64,000 nt of DNA from Bacillota bacterium (GTDB taxonomy: Bacteria > Bacillota > DTU025), in contig JBMNJT010000008.1 of NCBI GenBank assembly GCA_050951805.1, positions 160,001-224,000 of the forward strand, read 5' to 3'. The notes under the pieces were generated by a model. The model saw only the letters and a program-made list of their open reading frames with translations, searched no databases and had not been told where the DNA came from. The position numbers and the translations under genes were made by a program. Of the stretch, positions 17,790 to 28,071 are shown in pieces (within the stretch, counting starts at the first letter, position 1; each line of letters starts with the position of its first letter).

Positions 17790-19187
17790 ATGAGAGTTCT
17801 CTTTGCTTCTTCGGAAGTCAACCCGTATATGAAGGTAGGAGGACTTGCTGACGTTGCCGGAAGCCTCCCAGGGTTTCTGGCTGAAGCGGGATGTGATGTT
17901 CATCTTGTGATGCCCAAGTACGAGACTGCCAAATGGAACGGGATTGCGTTTCAAGAGTGGGGATCTGTGTACCCTCCAATGGGGTATGGGCGGGAAGAAG
18001 CACAGGTCTATTATTCGAAGATTTCTAGGAATCTGACGCTCTATGCGGTGCGCAACGGTGCCTACTTTGCCCGTGAAAAGCCGTATGATTCCCCTGACGA
18101 CATGAGAAGGTTCATGTTTTTCGCGAAAGCGTGTTACGAATTGGCCAGGGCCCTTGAAGTCGACGTGGTACACGCCAATGACTGGCATACCGGGCTTTTG
18201 CCCGTGTTCTGCCGGGTGTACGGTTGCCCGAAGGACCCCGGCACTGTGATAACCATTCATAACCTGGCGTTTCAGGGAGAAGGGGACTGGGACGATTTTC
18301 TCTATTCGTCTCTCCCGTGGGATACATTTAACCCGGGTGGCGTTGAATACTACGGGAAATTCAATATCCTGAAGGCTGCGATGATGTATGCTGACAGGAT
18401 AACTACGGTATCTCCCACGTACTCAAGAGAGATACAGACCCCGGAGTTCGGTATGGGGCTTGAAAAGGTCCTGATGGCGAGGCGCGACGCGATCCGGGGG
18501 ATACTCAATGGCATAGACTACGATGAATGGAACCCGATGACTGACGCTCTTATAACATCCAATTACGATGTTGAGAGGCTCGATAAGCGGATCGAGAACA
18601 AGAGATCCCTTGCGGCAAGATTCGGGTTGGAATACAGGCCTGAGACTCCCGTTTTCGGCTTTGTGGGTCGGCTCTTTGAGCAGAAGGGCGTTGATATACT
18701 GATAGAGGCCACTAAGCGTCTTGTGGAACAGGATGTTCAGGTAGTTGTCTTGGGAACAGGCGCTCCCCAGTATGAAGAGGCGCTGAGGAGCCTATCCCAT
18801 GCGCATCCCGGGAAGGTCGGCGCGAAGCTGGCGTTCAGCAATCTGTTGGCTCACGAGATTTACGCAGGGGCGGATTTCTTCCTCATGCCGTCGAAATTCG
18901 AACCTTGTGGCCTTGGGCAGCTTATTGCAATGAGATATGGAGCAATTCCGATAGTGAGGGCAGTGGGCGGTCTGCGTGATACTGTGACTGAGCCCGTAAC
19001 CGGCCTCGTCTTTTGGGAGTATTCTGCGTCAGAATTGCATGCTGCCATGGAAAGGGCTCTGGAAATATATGATAATCCCGAGGCGTTTCTCGCTATGCGC
19101 ATCCGTTGCATGACAGCGGATTATTCCTGGGGAAGGTCGCGGGACGAGTATGTCTCGCTTTACAAGGAGATCGCGCCTGGGCGATAG
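17790..19187 (+). CDS. glgA: Glycogen synthase
   Basis: KVGGLADV, HANDWHTG, TIHNLAFQG, PSKFEPCGL. Confidence 0.96.
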   Translation: MRVLFASSEVNPYMKVGGLADVAGSLPGFLAEAGCDVHLVMPKYETAKWNGIAFQEWGSVYPPMGYGREEAQVYYSKISRNLTLYAVRNGAYFAREKPYDSPDDMRRFMFFAKACYELARALEVDVVHANDWHTGLLPVFCRVYGCPKDPGTVITIHNLAFQGEGDWDDFLYSSLPWDTFNPGGVEYYGKFNILKAAMMYADRITTVSPTYSREIQTPEFGMGLEKVLMARRDAIRGILNGIDYDEWNPMTDALITSNYDVERLDKRIENKRSLAARFGLEYRPETPVFGFVGRLFEQKGVDILIEATKRLVEQDVQVVVLGTGAPQYEEALRSLSHAHPGKVGAKLAFSNLLAHEIYAGADFFLMPSKFEPCGLGQLIAMRYGAIPIVRAVGGLRDTVTEPVTGLVFWEYSASELHAAMERALEIYDNPEAFLAMRIRCMTADYSWGRSRDEYVSLYKEIAPGR

Positions 19188-19439
19188 TTCCTCCGCAACA
19201 CGGGGGCCAATTATACGGTTGATAAGAGATGCTTGCCCGGAGGCAGGGTGGCGGCGAATCGTATTGCGCTGCTGTGAGTTAACCTGTTGAGCCTCCGGGC
19301 AAGACTCGATTTGTAGCGGCAGCAAACCCATCAACTCAACCCCGAATCCAACAGTGAACAGGCGCACGCGCAGAATCAAGAGTCGAATAGCTTGGATGAC
19401 GATCAAACCATCGCGAAAAGCCAGAAGACGTGCAAGCAT

Positions 19440-19800
19440 GTAACCGCCCTAACCAGTAAGCAGACCGTTTCCTATCCGCAGCTTGCCTGCAACGAGCGCT
19501 GTCCTGAGACAGTCGTCCGTAAAGACCAGGTTGACAAAGAGGAGCTCAAAAGGCTCGTGCACAGCATATCCAGGGTGTTGCCTCCAGAGGGTGAAATCGT
19601 GACCGAGATGGGTGTCGCGTTAGGGGCTATTTCTATCGAGCCTGACAGATTTGGATGGGCCAGTTGCTCTCAGTAAGTTGCCATAGTGCCGACGCTTCAG
19701 GCTCTTGTGTTGAGCTGCCAACACCTCGACCGTCCCGGGCCTTGGCTCGTGTGGTTATGGGTTCTGGGGAGCGGAGCCGGCGCGTTAGGTGGTGGGCAAG
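19440..19800 (+). mobile_element. Degraded IS1634-like transposase N-terminal fragment
   Basis: VSYPQLACNERCPET..RKDQVDKEELKRLVHSISRVL resembles the IS1634 N-terminus (YLQLAHNEWDP...GREDQLD...LxRLxxSIxR). Frameshifted and truncated; recognised from memory. Confidence 0.5.
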
Positions 19801-19996
19801 GCTCAGCCTTCCATGGCCGGTTTTCGGGAGGGCGGGGACTCTGTTCCTCAATATTAAGTTCTGTCATGTTTGGGCTGGGCGTCCTTTCAGTCTACATGAA
19901 CTTCTAGGAGATGGGCCGTGGGGGCCTTCGCAGTAATGTGGCATTGGCTGCTGGCGCGGCCCATCGAGTTGTAGTTATTCGGACGGTGGAAAGGAT

Positions 19997-21106
19997 GTGG
20001 TCTATTTGAGGGCATGGAGAGGGATTATTGAGGAGTATAGAGAGTATCTCCCGATTGAACGAGACATGCCGGTAGTGACGTTGCTGGAAGGGAATACTCC
20101 CCTCTTGCCAGCTGGCAATCTCGCCCAGCGACTTGAAGCCGACATTGAGATATACTTGAAGTTTGAAGGCTTGAATCCTACGGGCTCTTTCAAGGATCGG
20201 GGTATGACTCTTGCGGTCTCCAAGGCTGTGCAGGATGGGGCTCCTGTCGTGGTCTGTGCTTCCACGGGCAACACTGCGGCTTCGGCCGCGGCCTATGCCG
20301 CAAGGGCGGGCTTGCGCTGTATTGTCGTTATTCCTCATGCCGCTGTTGCCTCGGGCAAACTTGCCCAGGCCAGGGTCCACGGTGCGCAGATTGTGTCCAT
20401 AAGAGGAAACTTCGATGTTGCTCTTGCCATAGTGAGGGAGCTGGCGGCTGAGACCGGCATCGTCTTGGTGAACTCGGTCAACCCGTGGCGCATCGAGGGG
20501 CAAAAAACTGCTGCGTTCGAGATAGTGAACGAGCTGGGGGATGCTCCTGATTGGCTTGTGATTCCTGTAGGGAATGCAGGCAACATAACGGCTTATTGGA
20601 AGGGATTCAACGAGTGCAGAGTTGTGGGGATGGCCTCGCGATGCCCTCGTATGGCGGGGTATCAGGCGACCGGGGCCGCTCCTATCGTGCTAGGTATGAT
20701 TGTAAAAAATCCCCAGACACTTGCCAGCGCCATCAGGATAGGCAACCCTGCCAGCTGGGCGGGGGCAAAGACGGCTGCTGACGATTCTGGTGGTTTGATA
20801 GATTCAGTATCCGACGGCGAGATTATGGAAGCTTACAGCTTGTTGGCTGCGGTCGAAGGGATATTTGCCGAGCCGTCGTCGTGCACATCGGTGGCGGGGG
20901 TGATCAAGATGGCGCGATTGGGTCGGTTCGAAAAGGGACAGAGAGTTGTGGCGGTCTTGACAGGGCATGGTTTGAAGGACCCGGAGGCGGCTATGGCGTG
21001 CGACGCCTATTCTCTGGCCGGGCGATCCCCAGAGGACGGGAGCCGGGCTGTAGAAGGTGTAGTCGATGCTGACGTGGAATCTGTCAGAGGATTGCTGGGG
21101 GTTTGA
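19997..21106 (+). CDS. thrC: Threonine synthase
   Basis: NPTGSFKDRG, ASTGNT, PVGNAGN, LTGHGLKD. Confidence 0.96.
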   Translation: MVYLRAWRGIIEEYREYLPIERDMPVVTLLEGNTPLLPAGNLAQRLEADIEIYLKFEGLNPTGSFKDRGMTLAVSKAVQDGAPVVVCASTGNTAASAAAYAARAGLRCIVVIPHAAVASGKLAQARVHGAQIVSIRGNFDVALAIVRELAAETGIVLVNSVNPWRIEGQKTAAFEIVNELGDAPDWLVIPVGNAGNITAYWKGFNECRVVGMASRCPRMAGYQATGAAPIVLGMIVKNPQTLASAIRIGNPASWAGAKTAADDSGGLIDSVSDGEIMEAYSLLAAVEGIFAEPSSCTSVAGVIKMARLGRFEKGQRVVAVLTGHGLKDPEAAMACDAYSLAGRSPEDGSRAVEGVVDADVESVRGLLGV

Positions 21107-21132
21107 ACAGTCATCATAAGAGGTGTATTCCT

Positions 21133-22071
21133 ATGTCTGTTAAGAAAGTGATCGTGCATGCTCCGGCGACTTCGGCCAATATGGGACCGGGGTATGACTC
21201 TATGGCCATGGCGTTGGAGCTTAGGGATGATATAACATTCGAGCTCGCGGGAGATGGCGAGTCTCAGGCTATTACCCTGTCGGAAGATGGAAGCCCGTCT
21301 CCTGAGGGCCTTCCTACCGATCGGTCGAACTTGGCGATACGCGCTTTTGAAGCTGTATTCGTTGAGGCGGGCGAGAGGCCGCCATCTGTTCGTGTTACGA
21401 CGGTGAACCGGATTCCAATAGCCCGGGGCCTCGGAAGCAGTGCAGCGGCGATTGTGGCTGGGGTGACGGCTGGGGGCGTTATCCGTGGTAGCGAGATCGA
21501 TCTGCAAAGCCGGCTTAACCTTGCCGCCAAAATAGAAGGGCATCCGGATAACACAGTTGCCTGCATACTCGGGGGAGTGACTGTTTCGTCGCTGGTCGGC
21601 TCCCGCGTGATGTGGGCCAAGATTCCGCTGCAGAGAGAGCTAGGGGCCTTGGTTGCAGTTCCGGACTTCGGGGTTTCGACGGGGATCGCTCGCAATGTTT
21701 TGCCGCAGAGCGTGCTCCATGCTGATGCCGTGTTCAATGTGGGCAGGGCTGCGCTTCTCGTAGCGTCGCTGTGCACCGGGGCTTACGAAAATCTGAGATA
21801 TGCCACCGAAGACAAGCTGCATCAGCCGTACCGCTCTCTGTTGGTGCCCGGGATGCTCGACGCCATACGGTCGGCGTGCGATGGCGGGGCACTGGGGGCT
21901 TATGTGAGCGGGGCTGGACCTGCCATATTGGCTTTGATGGACTCGGAATGTGATCCGGAGCCGATTGCGCAGGCGATGGCCGCTGCTTTTGACCGTTCCC
22001 GAGTTAAGGTCAGCGATATGATGGCGCTTTCCTTGTCTAGCACGGGGGCTGTTTGGGAGGTTGAGGAATGA
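21133..22071 (+). CDS. thrB: Homoserine kinase
   Basis: PATSANMGPGYD, PIARGLGSSAA, EGHPDN, LHQPYR, SGAGP. Confidence 0.96.
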   Translation: MSVKKVIVHAPATSANMGPGYDSMAMALELRDDITFELAGDGESQAITLSEDGSPSPEGLPTDRSNLAIRAFEAVFVEAGERPPSVRVTTVNRIPIARGLGSSAAAIVAGVTAGGVIRGSEIDLQSRLNLAAKIEGHPDNTVACILGGVTVSSLVGSRVMWAKIPLQRELGALVAVPDFGVSTGIARNVLPQSVLHADAVFNVGRAALLVASLCTGAYENLRYATEDKLHQPYRSLLVPGMLDAIRSACDGGALGAYVSGAGPAILALMDSECDPEPIAQAMAAAFDRSRVKVSDMMALSLSSTGAVWEVEE

Positions 22072-22634
22072 GTTCGCGTTCGGACGGAACGCAAACTGGA
22101 GATGGTTCTGTTCCAGTCTATTTTGGCCTTGGATCCAATCTCGGGGATAGGCTGGGAAATCTGAGGTGTGCAGCGGCAATGTTGGGGCAAGCTGATGGTC
22201 TGTCACAATTTGCGGTGTCCCGCGTATACGAGACTGAGCCGTGGGGCTTTGTTGACCAGCCGCCTTTTTTGAACTGTGTTGTGCGGGCACACACTCTCCT
22301 TGCGCCAGAGGATGTCCTCGCTGTGACACGGTCGGTCGAAGATGCTTTGGGACGCGAGAGGAGTCTTCGCTGGGGGCCTCGGATTATCGACGTGGACATC
22401 CTCATCTTCGGCGGATTGGTTATGGATACTGAGGATTTGGTCATTCCACATCCGCGGATGTGGGAGCGGGCTTTCGTCCTTGTTCCCCTCATGGATTTGG
22501 CGCCTGACATGATCACTCCCGACGGGGCCACTCTCAGTCAGAAGGTTGCCGACCTTGGCGATGCAGGCGGGGTGAGGGTCTTCGACGGTGATCTCCAAGG
22601 AGTTTTCGACCGTGCGGAGAATATCATGATGTGA
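22068..22634 (+). CDS. folK: 2-amino-4-hydroxy-6-hydroxymethyldihydropteridine diphosphokinase
   Basis: GLGSNLGD, YETEPWG, RWGPRIIDVDIL, PHPRMWERAFVLVP. Confidence 0.96.
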   Translation: MSSRSDGTQTGDGSVPVYFGLGSNLGDRLGNLRCAAAMLGQADGLSQFAVSRVYETEPWGFVDQPPFLNCVVRAHTLLAPEDVLAVTRSVEDALGRERSLRWGPRIIDVDILIFGGLVMDTEDLVIPHPRMWERAFVLVPLMDLAPDMITPDGATLSQKVADLGDAGGVRVFDGDLQGVFDRAENIMM

Positions 22635-22691
22635 AGGCCGGGGCTTTCGGACGCCTGGCCTAACCTGGAAAAGCGCTGGGAGGTCCTTTGC

Positions 22692-23258
22692 ATGTTGCAT
22701 TTGGGTGTTGGTTCGCACCGCAATTTGCGGGCTCTTGCTGTAGCGATCCCAATGGTGCTGGCGTGCGCTGCAGTCTCCTTTAGCGCTGGGGGCGAGAGGG
22801 AATATGCAAACCGCGAGCACGGGTTTGTTTTCAGGTATCCTGATGACTGGGAGAGGCAATCAGGCAGTGTAGGGTCATATCCGATCATAGCCTTTGGCGA
22901 ACTGCGGAAGACGGGCTTTGCGGCCTCGGTCAATGTAGTGGTGGCAACGCAACCGGGAGCAAGCGCTAAGCTGTACGCGCGCAATGCGGCTGCTCGGATA
23001 TCTCAGGGCGGGGATCCGCGGCTTTCTGATTTCCGGGAAGACGGTCCCGGGGTGCCTGGCGCTGTTTACGGCGGGGATTCCTGGTTGACGAGGTTTTCGT
23101 GTTACTCGTCTGATGTGAGGAATAGGGTGTGGTTTTACCAACTCACGGTGGTTCGGGGATCTGATGTGATTGTTCTCACTGCTGCATGTCTCGAATCGGA
23201 GAAAGCTGCATACCTGCCTGTGTTCGAGAGAATAGTATCGAGCTTTCGGCTTATCTGA
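22692..23258 (+). CDS. Exported PsbP/DcrB-like protein
   Basis: Signal-like N-terminus, YANREHGFVFRYPDDW, ends Y.PVFERIVSSFRL. Confidence 0.55.
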   Translation: MLHLGVGSHRNLRALAVAIPMVLACAAVSFSAGGEREYANREHGFVFRYPDDWERQSGSVGSYPIIAFGELRKTGFAASVNVVVATQPGASAKLYARNAAARISQGGDPRLSDFREDGPGVPGAVYGGDSWLTRFSCYSSDVRNRVWFYQLTVVRGSDVIVLTAACLESEKAAYLPVFERIVSSFRLI

Positions 23259-23278
23259 CGGGGGGGTCCCGTGTGTCA

Positions 23279-24997
23279 ATGGAGTATAAAGTTGTTGATT
23301 TTGAAAAGAAAAAGGTTGAGATAAGGTTCGGGCAGCTTGCTCAGGACCTTGTTGATTTTGTTAACCTCCCTGAGTTCAATGGCACTGCAGCCAATGGACT
23401 CCACAAGTTCATGTCCGAGGTGATGGAAGAGCCTTGGGTGGACTTGGACGATGATCAAGACAGTTTGGAAAACGAGTTTGTTGAATGGCTCATTCTGGAC
23501 TACCAAGACGAGATCACAGGGGTTTCTGTGGTCCGGGCTTACCTCGATTCCGCCGATGAGTGGGAGTTGGAAGACTGGGAGGCGCGTTCGTTGGAACAAT
23601 GGGCCCGGTCTGTTTTGGCCGTCTACGAGGTTCAGGAGATTCTGTCCGATGACAGGGTTGTCCTTCGTGACGTGGTGACAGGTAATACGTACAGCGTGAT
23701 TGCGCCGGGCATAGGCTTGGGAGTGCTGCGATGGTCGGCCATGCTCGCGCGTCTCCTCGTAGTGGATGATCTGTATACTCTTGGGTCTTCTACGCTTGTA
23801 ATACCGAGGCCTCTTCTCAGGTATGTGCTGAAGATAATGGGCCATGTGTACAGGACGCTGCGCTTTCAGGGATATGATGGAGATTGGGAGAGCTTTCTCA
23901 AGGTCTCTACGCTCAGTCTCCGCAAACTGGTTCGCGTGATGCTGATGGCGTGGGGCGTGCAAGAAAGCGAGGACGCTGTAGCGCTTTATTGTGATGGCTT
24001 GTCTGGGTCTTCTAGTGGTGAATTTGCGGGAGTCCGGGGAGCCTGTTCGCCCAGCGAAGCTTCAGCCTCAGGCGCGCGCAAGCTTTATCGATCAGTGGTC
24101 CGCGTATCAGATGCCAAGGGGGCTCTTGACGCTGTTACACGAAGCGGCACAGGGATTGCGTTGTCTAGCTCTTGGGTGGATGAGGCGGGTGCTGTCTGTG
24201 CGGAGCTTGCGTGGGTCAGAGAGCCGCATGAGAGTGACCCATCTGGTGTGGCGCCATATGGCGCTGACGATGTGGCCTTTGTTCTGTTGGCTGACGGTGC
24301 TTTCACTGTGTACGCCGACAATCGGAGCGCTTTGGGAAGATGCGCCAGCATTATTCGGAGGAGCGTAGCCCAATACGTGATTCCGAGGCAGCCGGGGAAG
24401 AAGGCATCTTCAAGGAAGCCGCCAAGCACACAAGAGAGGGCGCGGGCACATGCTAGGATCGACCAGATTGCCCGGGAAGCCATTGCAGAGCACTACCGGA
24501 GTTGGGCCGATTCCCCTCTCCCGGTTCTTCAGGGGGAAAGTCCTCGAGACGCTGTTGCTTCGGGCATCGGGCAGAAGATAGTTGAGGAATTGCTGAAGGA
24601 TATCGAATACCACGAGAATCTCAAGAGGCGCGCGGGATTGCCGTGGGTTGATGTTGACGGCCTGTGGCATCACGTGCTATCAGCCCAAGGCTGTGACAAT
24701 GGGCTAAGCGCCAAGGAGCATTCAGTAGTGGGTTTGCTCGACGAGATGATGAGGTTGGACGGCTACACAGAGGATCAGATATTTGCCACTCAAAAGATAT
24801 GGTGTGATTATGCTTTGTCCGAAAACCCAAATGTGGTGCATGCCAATACTTGGGCAGCTGCGGTAGAGTACGCCGCGGCCATAGCTCAGGATGAACCTGT
24901 GACCCAGGCCAGTGTGGCCCGGAAATACCAGGTGTCAGTCTCTACGCTCTCGCAGAGGTACCGCCAGATTTTAGACAGCATCAATGCCAACGGGTAG
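23279..24997 (+). CDS. Conserved hypothetical protein (SEC-C-associated-like, DUF2384-like segment, C-terminal HTH)
   Basis: Long ORF; WADSPLPVLQGESPRDAV motif; C-terminal WAAAVEY...TQASVARKYQVSVSTLSQRY. Confidence 0.6.
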   Translation: MEYKVVDFEKKKVEIRFGQLAQDLVDFVNLPEFNGTAANGLHKFMSEVMEEPWVDLDDDQDSLENEFVEWLILDYQDEITGVSVVRAYLDSADEWELEDWEARSLEQWARSVLAVYEVQEILSDDRVVLRDVVTGNTYSVIAPGIGLGVLRWSAMLARLLVVDDLYTLGSSTLVIPRPLLRYVLKIMGHVYRTLRFQGYDGDWESFLKVSTLSLRKLVRVMLMAWGVQESEDAVALYCDGLSGSSSGEFAGVRGACSPSEASASGARKLYRSVVRVSDAKGALDAVTRSGTGIALSSSWVDEAGAVCAELAWVREPHESDPSGVAPYGADDVAFVLLADGAFTVYADNRSALGRCASIIRRSVAQYVIPRQPGKKASSRKPPSTQERARAHARIDQIAREAIAEHYRSWADSPLPVLQGESPRDAVASGIGQKIVEELLKDIEYHENLKRRAGLPWVDVDGLWHHVLSAQGCDNGLSAKEHSVVGLLDEMMRLDGYTEDQIFATQKIWCDYALSENPNVVHANTWAAAVEYAAAIAQDEPVTQASVARKYQVSVSTLSQRYRQILDSINANG

Positions 24998-25089
24998 CAT
25001 GGTGTTATCTGGAAAGTAATAGAGATCAAACAGGGGCGGTTTGTCCGCCCTCCTTCTTTGTCTGATAAGCTTGAGCAGCCCCTTGTCTG

Positions 25090-25390
25090 TTATCCATGGC
25101 CACAACCTGTGTGTATCCCCGAGCCACGCAGTGCCTAGCCCGTCCAACGGGGCGAAAGCCGCAGCTTGAATCGGAGAACTCCGGGTCGAAGAGGGACGTG
25201 AGAATGTGGTGAATGAGCCGGCCGAAAATCGTTGGGACGCCAAGCATCATCACGCCACAGTACGGCACTCCGGTAGTCTCTCCACCGCACGATCCCCACT
25301 TGTAACGTCTGCCAGTTCAACCGCGACTCTCAGTGTGCCCGCCTCATATACCGCAACGCTCAGACCTTGCCATTGTAGTTGCTGAACGTG
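25090..25390 (-). mobile_element. Group II intron reverse transcriptase/maturase relic
   Basis: GVMMLGVPTIFGRLI..ILTSLFDPEFSDSSCGFRP..GYTQVVAMD resembles RT1-RT2 (R.LGIPT..DR...F...SYGFRP...VV..D). Frameshifted; no YADD. Confidence 0.75.
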
Positions 25391-25401
25391 CCGGGTGCAT
25401 G

Positions 25402-25433
25402 GAAAAGAGGCCCGGGGCGGTTGCCCCGGGCTC
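25402..25433 (-). terminator. Intrinsic terminator of the 5'-nucleotidase gene
   Basis: GC-rich hairpin GCCCGGGGC..GCCCCGGGC followed by CTCTTTT on the minus strand. Confidence 0.7.
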
Positions 25434-25477
25434 ATGTTGTTCGTTTAGATCTTCTGCGCCTGGCGAAGCGAGTTTCC

Positions 25478-27016
25478 CTATTTGACCGGCACGATCCTTA
25501 TCTCGGAAGAGGCCTCAACGCTCTCATGTTCCATAAGGTATCCTGCGACGATGTCCCTGAGCATTTCGCCGCTGTCGAAGATAATGTTGGCCTCCTTGAA
25601 CCATACATAGCCGTCGCCGCCTGCTGCCATGAAATCATTTGTGGCCACGGTGTAGAGTCGGTCGGGATCTAGGGGTTCGCCTGCTACGAGCACTTCCAGG
25701 ATGCGTGATCCGGCGGGCTTCGACGGGTCGAATCTCAAGGTAAGCCCTGAAACCTGAGCGAAGGAACCCGCTTGATTCGGGTAGCTGCTCAGTCCGTGCT
25801 CTAATGCGGCCAGGATCTTGTCGCCGCTAAGCTCGATGACGACGAGGGAGTTGTCGAAGGGCAGGACAGTATAGACGTTGCCCATCGTGATGTCGCCCGC
25901 GGGGATGCTAGCTCTGATGCCGCCGCCGTTGGTTATGACGATGTCGGCGCCGGACGCTTCTCTCAGGGCATCGGTGATCAAGTTCGACATGTTGGTTGTG
26001 CGGGTTCGGACATTGGCGCGCTCGCCGTCGAGGGCGACTTTGGTGTGTCCTACTACTTGGGCCATTCTGTCCTCGAGTGCGGCATTGTACTTTCTTATGA
26101 TTGTTTCGATGCCGGAGTCAGGCGCGGAGTTTGGCCGGGATGCGTCCATCGCAACCAGCCCGCCTCCAAAACTCTCGATCTTCCCGTCGACGACTTCGAT
26201 TTCCAACACTCCAAGGTGCTTTGCCCATTCACCGGCCTGGACCACTATGGCACCCCCCACAAGTTTCGGCTCGGGGACCTCGGTGTGCGAGTGGCCGCCA
26301 ACGATTATGTCAATTCCAGGGACCGCTGCGGCGAGCTTCAGGTCAGTGTCGTATCCAAGGTGTGAAAGGCAGAGAACGATATCGGCCTCGGCCCGAAGAT
26401 TTGGAACGACTGCCCGGGCAGTCTCGATCGGGTCGGCGAACGTGAGGCCTATCACGTTTTTCGGGTGGGTGACGATGGGGGTCTCAACCGGGCTGAGACC
26501 GAACATGCCTATCTTCACGCCGCCGATTTCGGTGATGAACGAGTTCTCTACGAATAGCTCGCCTGAATCTGCGTAGACCACGTTGGAGGCGAGAAATGGG
26601 AAGTTTGCCGCGGACTCCAGGTCCTTCAAAACTTGCTGCCCGTAGTTGAACTCATGATTGCCGAGAACCGTGGCCGCAAAACCCATATCGTTCATGGCTT
26701 CGATCATGGGCATTCCGCTGAAGAGGTTGACGATATTCGTTCCGTGGACCATGTCGCCGGCTGAGAGCAGAAGCAAATTGGCTTCGGGATCCTTCCTTAA
26801 CTCGTCGATGTATGCGGCGATCTTGGTCATTCCGCCAATGGGGTCAGTCCCGTCTGATACAAATGGCTCCATGCGTCCATGGACGTCGTTGACATGGAGT
26901 ATGGTGATGTGCGTGGTGCCTTCTGCTGCAAATGCCGATCCGTAGAGTCCGAAGACTGTCAGAAGCGCAATGAGGAGAAAGACTATCGAGAGATTGAGTC
27001 TGGACTTCTTGGGCAT
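25478..27016 (-). CDS. Exported 5'-nucleotidase / UDP-sugar hydrolase family
   Basis: Signal peptide, NDVHG, AGD, GNHEF, GGHSH, NGGGIR, VLPFDN, GGDGY. Confidence 0.93.
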   Translation of the reverse strand: MPKKSRLNLSIVFLLIALLTVFGLYGSAFAAEGTTHITILHVNDVHGRMEPFVSDGTDPIGGMTKIAAYIDELRKDPEANLLLLSAGDMVHGTNIVNLFSGMPMIEAMNDMGFAATVLGNHEFNYGQQVLKDLESAANFPFLASNVVYADSGELFVENSFITEIGGVKIGMFGLSPVETPIVTHPKNVIGLTFADPIETARAVVPNLRAEADIVLCLSHLGYDTDLKLAAAVPGIDIIVGGHSHTEVPEPKLVGGAIVVQAGEWAKHLGVLEIEVVDGKIESFGGGLVAMDASRPNSAPDSGIETIIRKYNAALEDRMAQVVGHTKVALDGERANVRTRTTNMSNLITDALREASGADIVITNGGGIRASIPAGDITMGNVYTVLPFDNSLVVIELSGDKILAALEHGLSSYPNQAGSFAQVSGLTLRFDPSKPAGSRILEVLVAGEPLDPDRLYTVATNDFMAAGGDGYVWFKEANIIFDSGEMLRDIVAGYLMEHESVEASSEIRIVPVK

Positions 27017-27201
27017 GATGATCCTCCTTTTTTAGGCACAGTAGTGCAAGATGTTAATTGGAAGTTTCTTCGTGAACGTGAAAACTCCTCTCTATACATA
27101 CAATGGCAGGGACATGCCTTGCTTCTAGGGTGATTAAGGGGCTTTGTGCCATGAAATCGCAAAACCGCCGATTTTAGCACACTTTCTTTGTGAATCGTCG
27201 A

Positions 27202-27226
27202 AGGAGTTTGCGTTGCAGGCTAGAAT
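27202..27226 (+). promoter_or_regulatory. SigH-like promoter
   Basis: AGGAGTT-N14-GAAT about 40 nt upstream of the first OMP gene. Confidence 0.6.
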
Positions 27227-27263
27227 ATGAAGGGCAAGACCTTGTCACTGAGGAGGGGTATAA

Positions 27264-27905
27264 ATGAAAAAGGCATCAATTATGGGACTAGCCCTAGTGT
27301 TGGTCCTGGCGGCCAGCGCGTTTGCTTCCGCGGCCAATTATGTCGGCGGCGGGCTAGGAATCAAGGCGGCAGCTGATGCAAGTGACGCAAAGGGGATCAT
27401 AGGCGCTCTCAGCCTCGACTTTGACGTTATGGAGAAGCTGACGCTCTCTGCCAACGGCTACATCGAGTTCAAACAGAAGGTTGAAGAGGAGCCTCCGGCC
27501 ACCGACGCGGCGCTCACCATGCCGAAGTTCGAGGAGCCCACGTATTTTGGGGGCGTTTACGGCAAGTATGCACTGACCAGCTTCGATGCGCTGAAGCTCG
27601 GCGCGGTTGCGGGAGTCAACTTCAACAACGGATTCATCGTCCCAAAAGAGGACGTAGAATCTGGGACAGACGAGCCTGCTGCTGAACCCAGCAAAGTCGA
27701 CTATGGCGCGGGCATCTTTGCCGAGCAGCCTCTGGGCGAGACGGGCACCATCTATGGGCAGGCCATGTATTGGATGCAGGAGAAGGGCGTAGGCGGGCTT
27801 GGCGGAATCAACTTCAAGCTCACCGACAAGATCGCGGTCAAGGGCCAGATCGAGTACGTCAAGAAGCAGCCTCTCTTCTCGATCGGTGTCGGATACACCT
27901 TCTAG
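27264..27905 (+). CDS. Predicted small outer-membrane beta-barrel protein
   Basis: Signal peptide (ASA), alternating Gly/aromatic strands, acidic loops, C-terminal beta-signal SIGVGYTF. Confidence 0.75.
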   Translation: MKKASIMGLALVLVLAASAFASAANYVGGGLGIKAAADASDAKGIIGALSLDFDVMEKLTLSANGYIEFKQKVEEEPPATDAALTMPKFEEPTYFGGVYGKYALTSFDALKLGAVAGVNFNNGFIVPKEDVESGTDEPAAEPSKVDYGAGIFAEQPLGETGTIYGQAMYWMQEKGVGGLGGINFKLTDKIAVKGQIEYVKKQPLFSIGVGYTF

Positions 27906-27955
27906 AGGCCCAGGAACGGGCTACTCTCGAGAGCAGCTATTCTTAGGCAGTTACT

Positions 27956-27988
27956 GGGCCGCCCGCGCGGGCGGCCCTCTCTATTTTG
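27956..27988 (+). terminator. Terminator-like hairpin
   Basis: Perfect palindrome GGGCCGCCCGCGCGGGCGGCCC followed by a T-rich tract. Confidence 0.6.
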
Positions 27989-28071
27989 TTAATGGAATTG
28001 CTTGTTAACAGAAGCACAGAAGCGGCAACAATGTGGGCCGCTGGCATACGAACAGCAAAGGGGGAGACATC

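Noticed and set aside
19880-19996. T-box leader upstream of thrC
   Set aside because: A hairpin is present but there is no TGGNACC T-box motif or terminator.
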